A stretch of DNA of 57,801 nucleotides, the filler included, from Dugesia japonica (Eukaryota): assembly GCA_001938525.1 (NCBI GenBank). It is 5 parts of 5 records of this genome, joined end to end, with 100 filler letters (N's around TTAATTAATTAA, not from the genome) between each part and the next. Parts side by side here need not be neighbours in the genome. Positions count along the whole stretch, not along the records: positions 1 to 17,832 come from MQRL01333658.1; 4 more parts are not named here. One strand, 5' to 3'. Within the stretch, counting starts at the first letter, position 1, and the number at the start of each line of letters is the position of its first letter. Under the pieces are notes generated by a model, which saw only the letters and a list, made by a program, of their open reading frames with translations, was not told the DNA's origin and ran no database searches. Of the stretch, positions 1 through 12,280 are shown in pieces. The position numbers and the translations under genes are program-made.

Positions 1-52
1 GGGGGGGGTTCACTGAATGTGTGCTGGCTATGACTGCCACTATCTATCTACT
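1..52. mobile_element. Maverick/Polinton terminus (end of an element lying mostly outside the window)
   Basis: G-run followed by CCACTATCTATCTACT; reverse complement AGTAGATAGATAGT fits the Polinton 5'-AG/AGTAG terminus. Near-identical ends occur at 11459 and 27401. Confidence 0.65.
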
Positions 53-154
53 GATTAGTCATGTGATTGCTAACCAGTTTAATTGTATGAAGATATAACA
101 AAACTTAAGAAAATTTAGACATTTTGTAAAAATAAATAATCCACTTACTTTTTA

Positions 155-769
155 TTATTTATAGACTATAACACCATTTGGATTGAAAACATCAGTTAAA
201 ACTCTAAGATGATCAGGACATTGCTGTGTAAAATCCAGAAAAGTATATCCATGAGGCATTACTGTTGCATCTTTAAATGAATCCAATAGAAATTGTCGAT
301 TATTTGGATACACTTGTCTTGCTATAAAATCAACAACAGTTTGATCTCTTGGATTTTGAAATATAACCAAATATTGAACATTTAAATTACGAGTTCTATG
401 ATCACCACCTTTTTGAAATAGATTTTGTGTAATGAATATCACAGTAACACCACAATGTCTTGATATTTTTGTGAATAAATTGTTAAAGTCCTTTTCATTA
501 TTAGCTTCTTGATACAGATCATCAACAACATTCAAATCACCAGTTTTCAATTTCTTGCTCCAATTGTCATCAAATCAGTTAATTATGGTCATTTTTCTAT
601 CGCAAAATGCTGATTGAGTCATTTCATGCTCTTTATCTGCATCCCTCCCAATATGTTTGATTGAATTTTGATTTGAATAAGTTTGATTTCAATAATTTAC
701 ACACAAACCAGATTTTCCACTACCACTTGGTCCAACAATTTGATGTACAGCATTAATCCTTAATTCCAT
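155..769 (-). pseudogene. Maverick packaging ATPase (A32/FtsK-HerA family), disrupted
   Basis: From ATG 769: MELRINAVHQIVGPSGSGKS (Walker A), then a stop. ORF 155..550 has VVDDL (Walker B), SRH, FITQNLF and NPRD motifs typical of Polinton ATPases. Confidence 0.92.
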
Positions 770-859
770 TATAATTTATGCTTGCTTAAACGTATCAATT
801 GAATTAATATTGTTTATACAAGTATAAATACCATTTTAAAAAAGAATTATTCATAAATA

Positions 860-1321
860 ATGATTTCAAATATTAATTACAGAGGAAAGGTTGATCAAGA
901 AATAACCATAAAAACGAGATTTTCATGTGGAAAACCTGCTCAAGTAGTAGAGAAAATAGACAAGTATACCCTTGTTTTCTTTAAATCCGGATACTGTAAA
1001 ATCATGTGTTGTAAGAAACCAATAAGACTAAAGGATTTAAAGTATAATATCCAGAATATTCAATTATAATGACTTACAGTTGTCCATGATTTGAGAACTA
1101 TAGATAAGTTTATATGAATTATCCAAAGTAATCAAATGCGTATATGAACCAGAAATAATCCCAGGATTAAGAATTTCAAAATATGATCCATTATCTGTTA
1201 ATTTATTTTCAAGTGGAAGATTGTACTAGTTGGAATAAAAACATTTTATTATCAATCAATCTTTAAAGAAATATTAAAGGAATTAATGAAATTAATTAAT
1301 AATTTAAATACTATTGTTTAA
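860..1321 (+). pseudogene. TATA-binding-protein-like gene (two TBP repeats), disrupted; copy 1
   Basis: Repeat 1: ISNINYRG...TLVFFKSGYCKIMCCK. After the stop at 1067-1069 and a frameshift: CVYEPEIIPGLRISKYDPLSVNLFSSGR/IVLVGIK...NTIV*. Matches TBP TALIFSSGKMVCTGAK and YEPELFPGL...LIFVSGKVVLTGAK. Confidence 0.85.
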
Positions 1322-1326
1322 ATTAA

Positions 1327-2431
1327 GTGATTGTAAGTATTGTACACTTTTCTAAAAAGGATGATGTAATCTTGTCAGAAAAACAGAAGGAAATGTTGAA
1401 AGAAATAAAACTATTTAATGAAGATGTTGTTATCAAAGATGATGATGAATTCATGTTATCTTTCATGAAATGTCATGGAAGAACTATTACTCCAAAAATT
1501 ATTTCAGAAACTAAAGGTTATTTATCATTGAATTATGAAGATTAGCTCAACAAATTTAAAGCTGATGTTGCTAATAATCTGGCAAATGTATTCCCTCTTG
1601 ATTTATTTATTGATGCCATGGAGGAAATATAAAACGATGAAATTATACTTTATCGTCATAATTTAGAAGAAACATTACAAAGCGGTCCACAATCTCTTAT
1701 TCAAATTCAATTCCTGGATAGTCTTGTAATACTCAGAAGAATAGAATTAATAGATAAACTTAAATTTAATCCAGATTCATTGGAAAGCAAATTAACTAAT
1801 TATTTTTATGCACATGAGGAACGATCTGATGAAGACTATCAGCACTTTGAATGTTACATCAATACAAAAAATAGTATAACGGTTAAATATTTAAATCGTA
1901 TATTGGATCTACACCATTCTCGTGGTAATAATGCTCAAGATTTGGAACATGAAGTGAACTATTTTAGAAAAGACGATAGTCGGTTGTTAAGAAATTATAG
2001 CTATCGGTTATCCTCCCACTAAAGTATCTAAATTTAAAGATCTTCATCGTAAAAAACTTAATTTTGATGGTATAGAAGACGCTTTAAACTTTTTAAAAGA
2101 AAAAGATTTGGAGACGTATGCAATGAATCATCCCACGATTGAATCTTGCATATCAAGGAAACATAGTGAAATAGAAACTGGTGTATCTGTAATTAAATCT
2201 CTAATACAACCTTATAAGATATCGGATAGTACAGCTATGATATCTAATTTCTTTAGAGATAGTTTAGATGATTATATTAAAGGATTACCTAATGTTCCAG
2301 TTGATTTCGATTTCATTGATCCATCGCTAGATTTTTCAAATAAAAGACCAAATATTTTTTTATTGAACAAGTTGAAAAAACTTAATGTTTTTTTATGTAT
2401 ATTGTTGTTATTTTTTGTTTGCTTTAAGTAA
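1327..2431 (+). pseudogene. Degraded Maverick accessory ORF of unknown function
   Basis: ORF pieces 1327..1545 and 1780..2022 are in one frame and read through two stops; 2108..2431 follows after a shift. No recognisable motif. Confidence 0.5.
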
Positions 2432-2529
2432 TAATACATGGTTTATTGAATTGTCTTGTAAATTTATTTACTTTCAAATTTGATATAATACACTTGCACA
2501 CCACATATTACATGACTAATATTTAAATA

Positions 2530-4470
2530 ATATACCCAAACTCTATATTACATTTTTACTATGTAAAAAGTACCTTCATAAGTCTTAAATTACAAGTTTG
2601 TTATGTAAATTAATTCACTCATAAGCCTTATATTTCATAAACCTTATGTTTCATAGTTGATATGTAAATAATACAAAATAACTATGCAAATAGTATACAC
2701 ATAAACCTTTAATATATGGTTAGTATGTATTAATACACTCGGAATACTTGCAACACATGTTTGCTATGTAAATACTACACGCAAAAACCATATATTAAAA
2801 GGCTGTTATGTAAATATTACATGGTATCTAAACAAATAATATACTCGTAAACATTATATTACACGGTTACTGTGTATTGATACACTCATAATCCTTATAA
2901 TGCATGGTTGCTATGTAAAGAATGCAATGTAACTATGCAAGTAACACATTAATAAATCCTATAATACACGGTTTCTATGTAAACAATCCACACAAAAATC
3001 ATATCTTAAATGTTACATGTTACCTAAGCAAATAATACACTCGTAAATCTTATAATAATTATTATACAAGGTTGTTATGTAAATAATTCCCTTGTAAGTC
3101 TTATATTATAAAGTTTTTATGAAAATAATATACACCCAATACACGGTTACTATGTAAATAATACACTGAAACCATATATTTCATAGTTATTATGTAAATA
3201 ATACAAGGTAGCTATGCAAATAATATACTAATTAACCCTATAGATATCAAAATATTTACTTATAAGTCTTTTTTATATAGTCTTATTAGGTATTGAAAAA
3301 TTCTGTTTTTTTTATCATTTTGCATAGTCAAATTCCCAGCTAACATGTTTTTATGAAAAAATATTATGTTTTCATCATTTTTATAGAAAGTTGTCACCAC
3401 ATATATGTTATTTTTTTATAGAAAATTGCATCGCTAATGAGATTTTTTATTAAAAATCGGTATTGAGATCTTTTATAGACAATTGTCACTAGTAATATGT
3501 TTTTTACAGAAAATTTTCACTAGTAATATTGTTTTATAGAAAATTGTCACTAATTACATGTTTTTATAGAAACATTACATGACTAATATGTATAATAGAA
3601 AAATTACATATGTTTTTAAGAAAATAAAAGTTCTATGTTTTTAAATCTTGTAAAGAAAATTTTTATCATGAAAATATCAAAGACTTCCCTCTGAAATTTT
3701 TAATGGATATTTTTTATCATGAAAATGTCACATAGACTCCCGTTTTGGAAGTTTTTTTATGTATATGTTTTATCAAGAAAATATCACAATGACTCCTCTC
3801 TTTGAAGTTTTTTGATAGATATATTTTATCATTTAAATATCGCAAAGACTCCCTTCTTTGGTTATGCACTAAAAATCACATACATGGAAATTTTTATTAA
3901 TAAATGCAATAGATATGCAACTTCGATGTCACAAGAATCCAACATACACGTACACTGAAAATCATGCGTCAAAGAATTTTTAATAAATTTCCAAGCAAAA
4001 AGAAATTTTTAAAACTCAACATGGCCGTCATTTTGAACTTTTTATTGATTTTTTAATAAATGCAATAGGTATGCAACTCAGATGTCATGAGAATGCAACA
4101 CACATACAATAAAAATCATGTGCCTAGGAAATTTTATTAATAAATGCGATAAGTATGCAACTGAGTTGCCACAAGTACGCAACACATGTACAAAGAAAAT
4201 CATTTCACATTGACCCATCCCTTGCAACATATCAAGACTACACCATCTAAAGTAAAATATAAAGAAAAAATAAATAATGCTTCACACAAGACTGTTCAAT
4301 CTCTTACAAAAATATCAAGACTGCCCCATACCATGCAAAATATATAAACTCCCCATGCTAAATATCAAGACTGCCCCATACGATGTAAAATACAGAAACT
4401 CTCCGTTACTAAATATAGAAACTCTCCATGCTAGATATCAAGACTGCTCCATTTCATACAAAAATATAAA
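2530..4470. repeat. Series of degenerate tandem-repeat arrays inside the Maverick
   Basis: GTTRCTATGTAAATAATACAC units (about 2540-3240), TTTTATAGAAAATTGTCAC units (about 3340-3600), TTTTATCATGAAAATATCA..GACTCC units (about 3660-3860), TAATAAATGCAATAGRTATGCAAC x3 (about 3890-4200), ATATCAAGACTGCCCCAT units (about 4230-4460). Confidence 0.85.
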
Positions 4471-5476
4471 GTCTGCTAAAAAATTTAAATTTCCCGCCAA
4501 AAAAAAATTTTTTTAATTTCTCACCAAAAAATACTTTTTTAGAAATTTCCACCAAAAAATAACAAGACTCCCCTCTTCCCTGCTTAAAAAATTTGAAAAC
4601 ACACTTTCCAGCCAAAAATACTCAAAAAATACTCAAAAATACATAAAACACATTAAAATGCCATTACTTTCATCAAATTCATCAATTTAAGAAAATTGCA
4701 ACATTTTTAACCAAAATAAAGATTTTAAAAATTTATGACGTCATACACCCCTAACAGAAAAATTTCAAATAAATAATAAAAAATCTGATAATTAATTCTC
4801 TTTCCACAAAATACCACTCCCTCCATCCTTAAAAATTTGTTTAACACAATTATACTACTTACAAAAATCAACCAATCAAATTAAAGCCCTTTAAATAAAA
4901 AATCAAAGCACATTCGACATACAAAGTCTTCTCCATCACATTACCTTTCCAACAACATACCTACCATTCAAATCCAATAACCCACTACAAACCCATAATT
5001 TACCAAAAAACACGCTACGATAACTCATACGACTGTTCCGTGGCGCCCCTACCCTTCTAGCAAAAACCATCCATCACACACCTTAAGTCCTTTAAACAAT
5101 GTATGGACCGAACTTTTGTCCAAATTACAAACAAATCTTAAAAACTACAACAAATTATTTCCAAGATCTCCAGCTACTCCTCGAGACCAAAACCATTCTT
5201 TCATAAACACACATGGACAACCACACACACAAACTCAACTTGATCTACTTTTTAAAAGCCCTCTTAGCAATCTAAACACACACAAATTTTAAAATTTAAA
5301 AATACGATCAAAAAAATTTTAATCCCAAAAATCTTAGAAAAAAAAATAACATAAAAATCATAGCAAAATATCATAGCACAATCATACTGTGTTTCCGAGC
5401 CCCCTCAGGGGAAGGGGTTCCCCAAAATTGTGTGGGGGAAAAAATGTTCCGATGCGCCACTTTATTCCTACTTCAA

Positions 5477-5563
5477 ATGAAGGAAAAACAAAATATCGAA
5501 TGTTGGTCATGTCATAAGATCGGTCATACTAAAGCAAATTGTCCGACAAAAAATAATATATAA
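5477..5563 (+). CDS. Mini-ORF with one CCHC zinc knuckle
   Basis: MKEKQNIECWSCHKIGHTKANCPTKNNI* is a perfect CX2CX4HX4C; an in-frame upstream ATG lies at 5444. Confidence 0.55.
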   Translation: MKEKQNIECWSCHKIGHTKANCPTKNNI

Positions 5564-5639
5564 ACAAAAGAGTGGATTTATTGCTGCATTATTACTAATA
5601 GCATTAGCAGCATTATGAATAAAAAATTTATTATAAACA

Positions 5640-6705
5640 ATGGGTAATTTAGAGTCATTATCACGAATTTATCTGAAATTTATCTCAAACTGTTGTAATG
5701 GAAACAATGTGGACAGATCTAAAAAAATCCAGCAGGATTCAAAGGATTGGAAAAGCTATAGAAAGCAACAAAAAGTTCAAAAAGCAAGACGAAAAAAATG
5801 GTTGTCGAACCAGTTAGCGTACAATCTGAACAAACCGATGTTGAAAAGATTCCCAACATGGTCGTATAAAACATATAGGATTGATGATTTATGGCAAATG
5901 GATTTGATGTAAATGATTCTATATTCAAGAATTAATAAAGGATGCAAGTATATTTTGACATGTATCGATGTATTTAGTAGATTTGCAAGAGCTGTACCTA
6001 TAAAATCAAAATCATTTATCGAAATGGAAGCTAAAATCAAGATAATGTTTAACGACAGTCATCCAGATAATTTGCAAACTGATTACGGAAAAGAATTTTA
6101 TAATACAAAAAACAAGAATAGTATTAATCATCTAAAACTTAACTATTATTCCGTATTTTCACAATATAAAGCGGCATATGTTGAAAGATTTAATCGAACC
6201 TTCAGAGATGCATTAAAAAACGTACTTTGTACATACTAGTAATAAGACATAGATTCATGTATTACCAAAAATAATTGACAGTTATAATCATATAAGGATT
6301 AAATGGAGCAAGACCCATTGATTTATCATCTGACAATTCAATGAAATTATGGTTATTGAATCAAAACCCAAAAGCAATTATAAAACATAAATATAAAGTT
6401 GGTGATCATTCATCAAAATTTTCAATAATAATTAGAGTAATGAAGTATTTCAAATATCAAAGATTAATACCAAGCAGAACCCTGTCATGTATATGATGAA
6501 AGATCATGAAGAAAATATTACTGTTGAAAGATTTTATGAACAAGAACTACAAGTCATAGAACAGCCACCAGTATTTAGAATAGAAAAGATTATAAAGTCA
6601 AAAAGAACTGGTAAATATAAACCTCTATATGTAAACTTACATGTGTGTGAAAAACTTACTTGGATATCTGCATCTCAATTAGTTAACAATGAACAACGCA
6701 AATAA
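5640..6705 (+). pseudogene. Maverick retroviral-like (rve) integrase with C-terminal chromo-like domain, disrupted
   Basis: WQMDL, YILTCIDVFSRFA, LQTDYGKEF, VERFNRT (DDE triad); C-terminal FYEQELQ...FRIEKII...TWI. Confidence 0.93.
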
Positions 6706-7726
6706 TTTCTATACAATTTTACCTAGTAATAGCTGTCCACGTATTCATCCAGATAATAATTCTAGTAAATTTATTGTTGAACTTGATAATCCAATTTACT
6801 TGAACAATAATTGAGAAGTACCATTGATGAACTTTACTATACAATACATTTTAAATCTATAGCAATGCATCTTTTGAATATGTAACTGGATATCAGCATT
6901 CAAAGGAAATATATATCACAAATAATAACAAAACAGAAAGATTAATTGTTAATAATGTTGCTGTTTTGATGTATTTGATGAAAGAAACTTGTTAGTTATA
7001 ATAAAACATCAGGATTATGATTAAATATTTGAAACTCTGGAAGAAGCGAAAAGATTTGGATTTGATAGTTTAAGTAATGATATTTCAAATAGTGGTATTA
7101 TTACTTTTCGAGACTTTAAAAATAATAGGGACATAGATAGAATTAAAGTTATATTAAAGTATTCATTAGAAAATACCGCTGTATTATCTTTTAATGACGA
7201 TTTATACATTAAAGATATACCAAAAATAAATGAATACATCACACATGCTTTTAGACATATATTCAAAACTTTTAGTTTAAAGACAAATGAAACATTTAAC
7301 GTTTCGTCAGAAACACTTAAATAAAAGAATCACCTTTGATGGAATCCTGACAGAAACATTAGAATTAGATAGTCAAACATATTCCCAAAGTAATATAAAT
7401 ATAGTTTATAAAGAGGAAATATTCAAAGGAGTTCGAAACCCAAAACTAATCACCAATCCTCATCAAAGGTTCATCTACAGTAATATTATTGAACCTATAA
7501 TAGTTGGCGATGCAAATGTTCCCTTGTTGAAATCATTATGGTTGGAGAGTTATGAAGATGAATAACTCGTTCAAATAATAGTTAAGAATCCAGTGTATCT
7601 ACCAATTGCTAGTTCATGTATAAACAATATAGAAATCAACATCATAGATGATAACGGCGATTATTTAGATTTGCCTCTGATGCAAAAACTCATTTAACAT
7701 TACACTTTAGGAAAATAAATGTCTAA
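6689..7726 (+). pseudogene. Maverick minor capsid protein (penton), disrupted
   Basis: N-terminus MNNANNFYTILPSNSCPRIHPDNNSSKFIVELDNPIYL; C-terminus FIYSNIIEPIIVGDANVPLL...NPVYLPI...NIEINIIDDNG...TLHFRK. Confidence 0.88.
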
Positions 7727-8040
7727 TACTGATATTATAGCACTATATAGCACTGGACAGTCTGGTGGTGAATTACTATACTTTGTAGGAAAATAGTATG
7801 GATTCGGATGTTGCAAACAGTTGGTCGATTTGCTTTACCTTTTCTTAATCAATAATAAAGCGAAAATTTTAACACCACTCAAAACAAATGTAATGAATGA
7901 ATTTAACAATTTTTTGGATTCAGATGAGCTTACAAAACTGATCTCAAAACCAAAGGGTGAAGAAAATCTTAAAGTTAGGGGGAAAAACGTAAGAATTTGA
8001 TCTTGATAGGTATAAACAAACGACTTAAAATATGTAAAAT
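7719..8040 (+). pseudogene. Small Polinton core-like protein with QxGG protease-site motif, disrupted
   Basis: MSNTDIIALYSTGQSGGELLYFVGK*YGFG/LQTVGRFALPFL resembles the Gly-rich small ORF found between Polinton capsid genes. End coordinate is approximate. Confidence 0.6.
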
Positions 8041-8052
8041 CATATTAGACTA

Positions 8053-8880
8053 ATGATTTGTGGAAAAACAGAATTGTGGATTTTTTATCGTCCATCTCCT
8101 CAAGGTGTTACTAAATATCGAGTATTGGAAGATGTGTTTCCAATGAATAATATTTCTGAAAGTACAAATGATGTAGAATGTTTTATAAATGAATCGCAAA
8201 CTGAATATTTGGATTTCAATGATACTTTCTTGTATGTTCAAGTGAATGTAGTGGATAAGAATGGTAAGAATCTAGAAAAAAAGTCTGATGTGGTTCCGGG
8301 TAATTTCATGTTGCATACTCTATTCAAGGACGTAATTCTTTAATCAAATAATATTAAATTTGAAGCTGCAAATGAAACTTATGTACTTAAAGCAATAATT
8401 GAGACTATTTTGAATTATAATAGAGATAATAATGATGTTTCTCTTAACGCAATAGGATATGGAAATGATGATTTTAGACAAACAAGAATTAGATCATCAA
8501 AACCATGGTCTCCATGTGGTCCTCTAAAACTAGACTTCATGAATCAACCAAAACAACTTATTCCAGGTGTCAATGCTTACATTTGATTGAAAAGATCGGA
8601 GGCAAGAATGTGTTTAGAATCCAAACTTGATGAACCAAAATATAAATTATTGGATGCAAAACTAATGATTAAAAGAGTTCGAGTGAATTCATCTGTACTA
8701 ACAGCTCATTAAATTAGACTAAGTAAACAAAATGCTATTTATTCTTTAGAAACCAAAGAAATTGTATAGTATGCAATTAGTAAAGACAGTTCATCCTTTC
8801 ATAAGGAGTAAATCTTTGGAGATCGAAGATTACCAACTTTTATTTTGGTTGCATTTAAAGATGGAGAATGGGTTAAGAAA
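8053..8880 (+). pseudogene. Maverick major capsid protein (double jelly-roll), 3'-truncated
   Basis: EYLDFNDTFLYVQVNVV, NFMLHTLFKDV, KAIIETILNY, GPLKLDFMNQPKQLIPGV, AKLMIKRVRV, RLPTFILVAF read in one frame across several stops. Confidence 0.88.
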
Positions 8881-9820
8881 ACAATATGGCGGATGAATAT
8901 CAAATATGGTGAAAAATCAACATGACGGATGAAAATTTGTATTGAATAAATTTATTGAATAGAAACTTGCTACTTATTTAATTTATAATTTTTTACTGTG
9001 TATATTTTAATTATGAATACTTTTATTGTTAAGTTTTATTGTAATTTTTCAGGTAAATCATATTTTTATGTAAATTTAAGTTTAAGTGTAAAGTTTTAGT
9101 CTAATGAGATTTTTAAATCATTTGATTTATAGATGAATTAAATTTTTCATTTAATAAAATTATTTAGAAATAATTATCTTTGGTGAGGAAATAAAAATTT
9201 AAATAATATTTGAACATTGTAAGTTTAAATTATTTATATTATTTAATAATAGTTGTTTAATATTAATTGTTTAATATTAATAATAATAATAATTTTCTTA
9301 TTTTAATAACAAGTTCTAGAATTTTCTTTATTTTAATAACCTATAATCTTTAAGTTCTAGAATTTTTCATTTTAATACTCTACCATTTTTAAGTTCTAGA
9401 ATTTTCTAGAATTTACTATTATTTTTCCTTAAATTTTTAAATTTAATTTAATTAATATTTAAATTAAAAATTCATAAAAAATGATTATAATTAATTTATT
9501 ATCAACGAATTATTATTATTTTTTGATTTATTATTCTTCTTGATAATTGATTACTATTATTATTATTATAATTATTATCATTTATTATTATTATTATTAT
9601 ATTTATTATCATTTATTATTATTATTATTAGTATTTTATCATTTTATTATCCTTATTATTATCTTATCATTTTATTATTATCATTTTATTTATTATATTT
9701 AATTATTGTTAATTGATTATTTTAAAATACTTTTAAATTATAAGATCTTTTATAAGTTACTTTTTCTAGGACTCGAATTACTGCGGTAGCAGTATACATA
9801 ATACTGATTGCCATACTGTA

Positions 9821-11190
9821 ATGGGGAAGTATTATGGCCGCCGTTATAACAAGGTGGTATATTACATATGTCCTACATGCTCAAAATTAAGTATAGGATT
9901 ATACACAGATATCTATAGTATGCATGCACAACATTTAACAGAATTTAAAAAGAAAGCGTTATTTTTAAAATTAATAAATGATTATGTTCCTCCATGTAAA
10001 AAACTAAAATTGGAAATAATATATATAAGTGACGATGAACCCGAGATTAAGATTGATCTATCTGATAATCCAGTAGCGGATTCAATTGTGGATCTAACTG
10101 TTAATTCCGTTAATGATCCGACTGTTGATTTACTTGGTACTTCTAAGGATATTGATGATGAAATAGGAAGTTTTAAGGTGATTGATAAATGGTCTGATGA
10201 TGATACTTTTGATAAAGAAATAGATGATGAAGACAATGTTCTGAATAAGTATTTACCAGAAAACCAAGTTGGTGGTTCTATTATTCTTGATGAATTTATT
10301 GTAGAGTCAGATTTACGTAAATATTATCGAGTGTTAAAATTAGATGTTTCTAATTATAATATGAGAGAAATTATACTGACTGAGACTAAGACTAAGGGAA
10401 TTTTTCATTATAACTTTGCGACAAGTTTAGAAGTTTAAGAGGGAAAATTATCAATACCACCAATTTGGGAAGGAATTTCATGGGAAAATTACTTGAAAGC
10501 TGTTGATATGTGAGAATGTTTTGGTTGTAAGAATCCTTTAGACAATATGTTCATCTATTTGAAACTTGACGTTTTTTTAGCTGATTTCTTTCAGCAAAAT
10601 TGAGCTAAATCTTTAGCACATAATAGATTAGAACCTCTTAACTAATTGGTATTCCTGGAATCAGTTGGGCTTCTGCCTTGATACACTCTAATTGAACCAA
10701 TTGAGCTTTTGACTGGCAATGATATGTACACTTTCTTTAAATATGGAATAAGAGAAGGTCTTACTTTTGTAAATAAGCATTATGTGACTACAGATGATAA
10801 TACTGAGCTTTTGTACATAGATATTAGTAATATATACGGCTGGGTTTTAAGCCGAAAGCTTCCTTATAAGAACTTTGAATAGATTCATTCTGACTTGGAA
10901 AATTCTTTTATTGATTGTATGACTTTAGACTTAGATTCGTTGTCTCATGGTTATAGTGTTGAAGTTGATCTGTTGATTCCTATCGATTTACATAACTATT
11001 TAAGTGATTTGCCAGTTGCTGCTGAAGAACAATTAGTGCCAAGTACAAAATTAAAAAATTACTACCTACACATAACCCAAAAAACTGTGCAATACATTGG
11101 AGATAACTTCAATTGTATTTACAAATCAGGGTTGAAGTTACTTAAGTTCATAGGGCTATAAAATTTGATTAAGACTTTATCTTTAAAGTA
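9821..11190 (+). pseudogene. Maverick protein-primed DNA polymerase B (pPolB), internally deleted and disrupted
   Basis: N-terminal ORF with CxxC...H...H finger, acidic tract and QVGG. Downstream pieces YLKLDVFLADFF, PGISWASAL, IELLT...MYTFFKYGIREG, LLYIDISNIYGWVLSRKLPY (PolB motif A) and DLPVAAE. Confidence 0.88.
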
Positions 11191-11199
11191 TATGTACTT

Positions 11200-11459
11200 A
11201 ATGGTATTAATTCATCGATGAAATTAATCTTGTGACATAATTTATGCGCAAAAAGTTTCCCCAATTAAATACACAGGTTAAAATCACATCAAATTAAGTA
11301 ATATTACCTAATGATGCAATATATGATGCAATTTTTAAATTCCCAACTAAATGCATTAAATTAGGATTAAATTCATTAAATGCATTAGGATTAAATTTCA
11401 TTAAGTTTACTCTGGGGTTACTGCATGTGTGGGGTTTGGTCCGCTACTATCTACCTACT
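11200..11459. mobile_element. Maverick terminal region ending ...CCGCTACTATCTACCTACT
   Basis: Follows pPolB; short ATGCATTA repeats, G-runs and the same terminal motif as at 52 and 27401. The matching opposite end is not seen. Confidence 0.7.
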
Positions 11460-11489
11460 AAAGTTGATAATTTGATAATGGATTTCTCT

Positions 11490-12280
11490 TTTTATAATTT
11501 CATACCAGATGTGTAAAAACTCATAGTTTACATTAAAAGGTGAAAGTTAATGCTTCAGGTGTGAAATTCCAAATTTCATTTCAATGAGTAAAATACCGAG
11601 CAAATGAGTTTTAAAAAATGCATAAAGTGTGAAAGTTTCCGACACTTGTTTAAAAATTCATTAAAATAACACTTGAATTTTTATGATTAAAAAATACGAT
11701 AAAAAACTAAATTTTTTTAATTTAAGGTGTTAAAAAATTGACAAAGGTATGAATTTTTCACATCTCGGGTTACGTTTCATAAGTGAAATGCATGCCGCCG
11801 GTGTGAGATTTAAAGTCACACAATGTATGAGTAAAAACAATTCATAATTTACATTAAGTTGTGGATGATCATAAAAATACAATTAAATTGAAATACTGCG
11901 TATAAAAAATAATACAATCAATTTTTAATTTAATGTATGAAAATTGACAGCACAGGTAAATTACACACCACAGATATTATTGTTTACTGTTTATATTCAT
12001 AAAATTTAGTTCCTGTGGTTAAAAAATAATAAAAATATTAAAATCAGTTTTTAACTTAATGTGTGTAAATTTCATATCACAGATATCACTGTTTACTGAA
12101 TATATTAAGGTGAAAAGAATTAACACGGCAGGTGTCACAGTTTACATTAAAGTGTGAAATTTTACAACTATTGTGTAACTGCATTCTTTGTTCCAGTCTA
12201 CCACGTTGGGTGTCCAGTATACAATAAAGTGTGAAATTTCCCAGCTACTGTATGGCGACATTCTTTGTTCCAGTCTACAA
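11490..12280. repeat. Degenerate GTGTGAAATT-rich repeat region, including a direct duplication
   Basis: TAAAGTGTGAAATTT...CATTCTTTGTTCCAGTCTAC occurs twice (about 12148-12201 and 12225-12278); ACAGATAT..TGTTTACTG occurs twice. Confidence 0.6.

Noticed and set aside
2530-3600. Repeat arrays as a possible CRISPR array
   Set aside because: Units are degenerate and adjacent, there are no unique spacers of constant length and no cas genes, and the context is eukaryotic.
4277-4516. 79-aa ORF with YQDC repeats
   Set aside because: It is the translation of the ATATCAAGACTGC tandem repeat.
155-11459. An intact or active Maverick, or meaningful loss of the adenain protease
   Set aside because: Every core gene is disrupted and large deletions are evident, so the missing protease cannot be interpreted.
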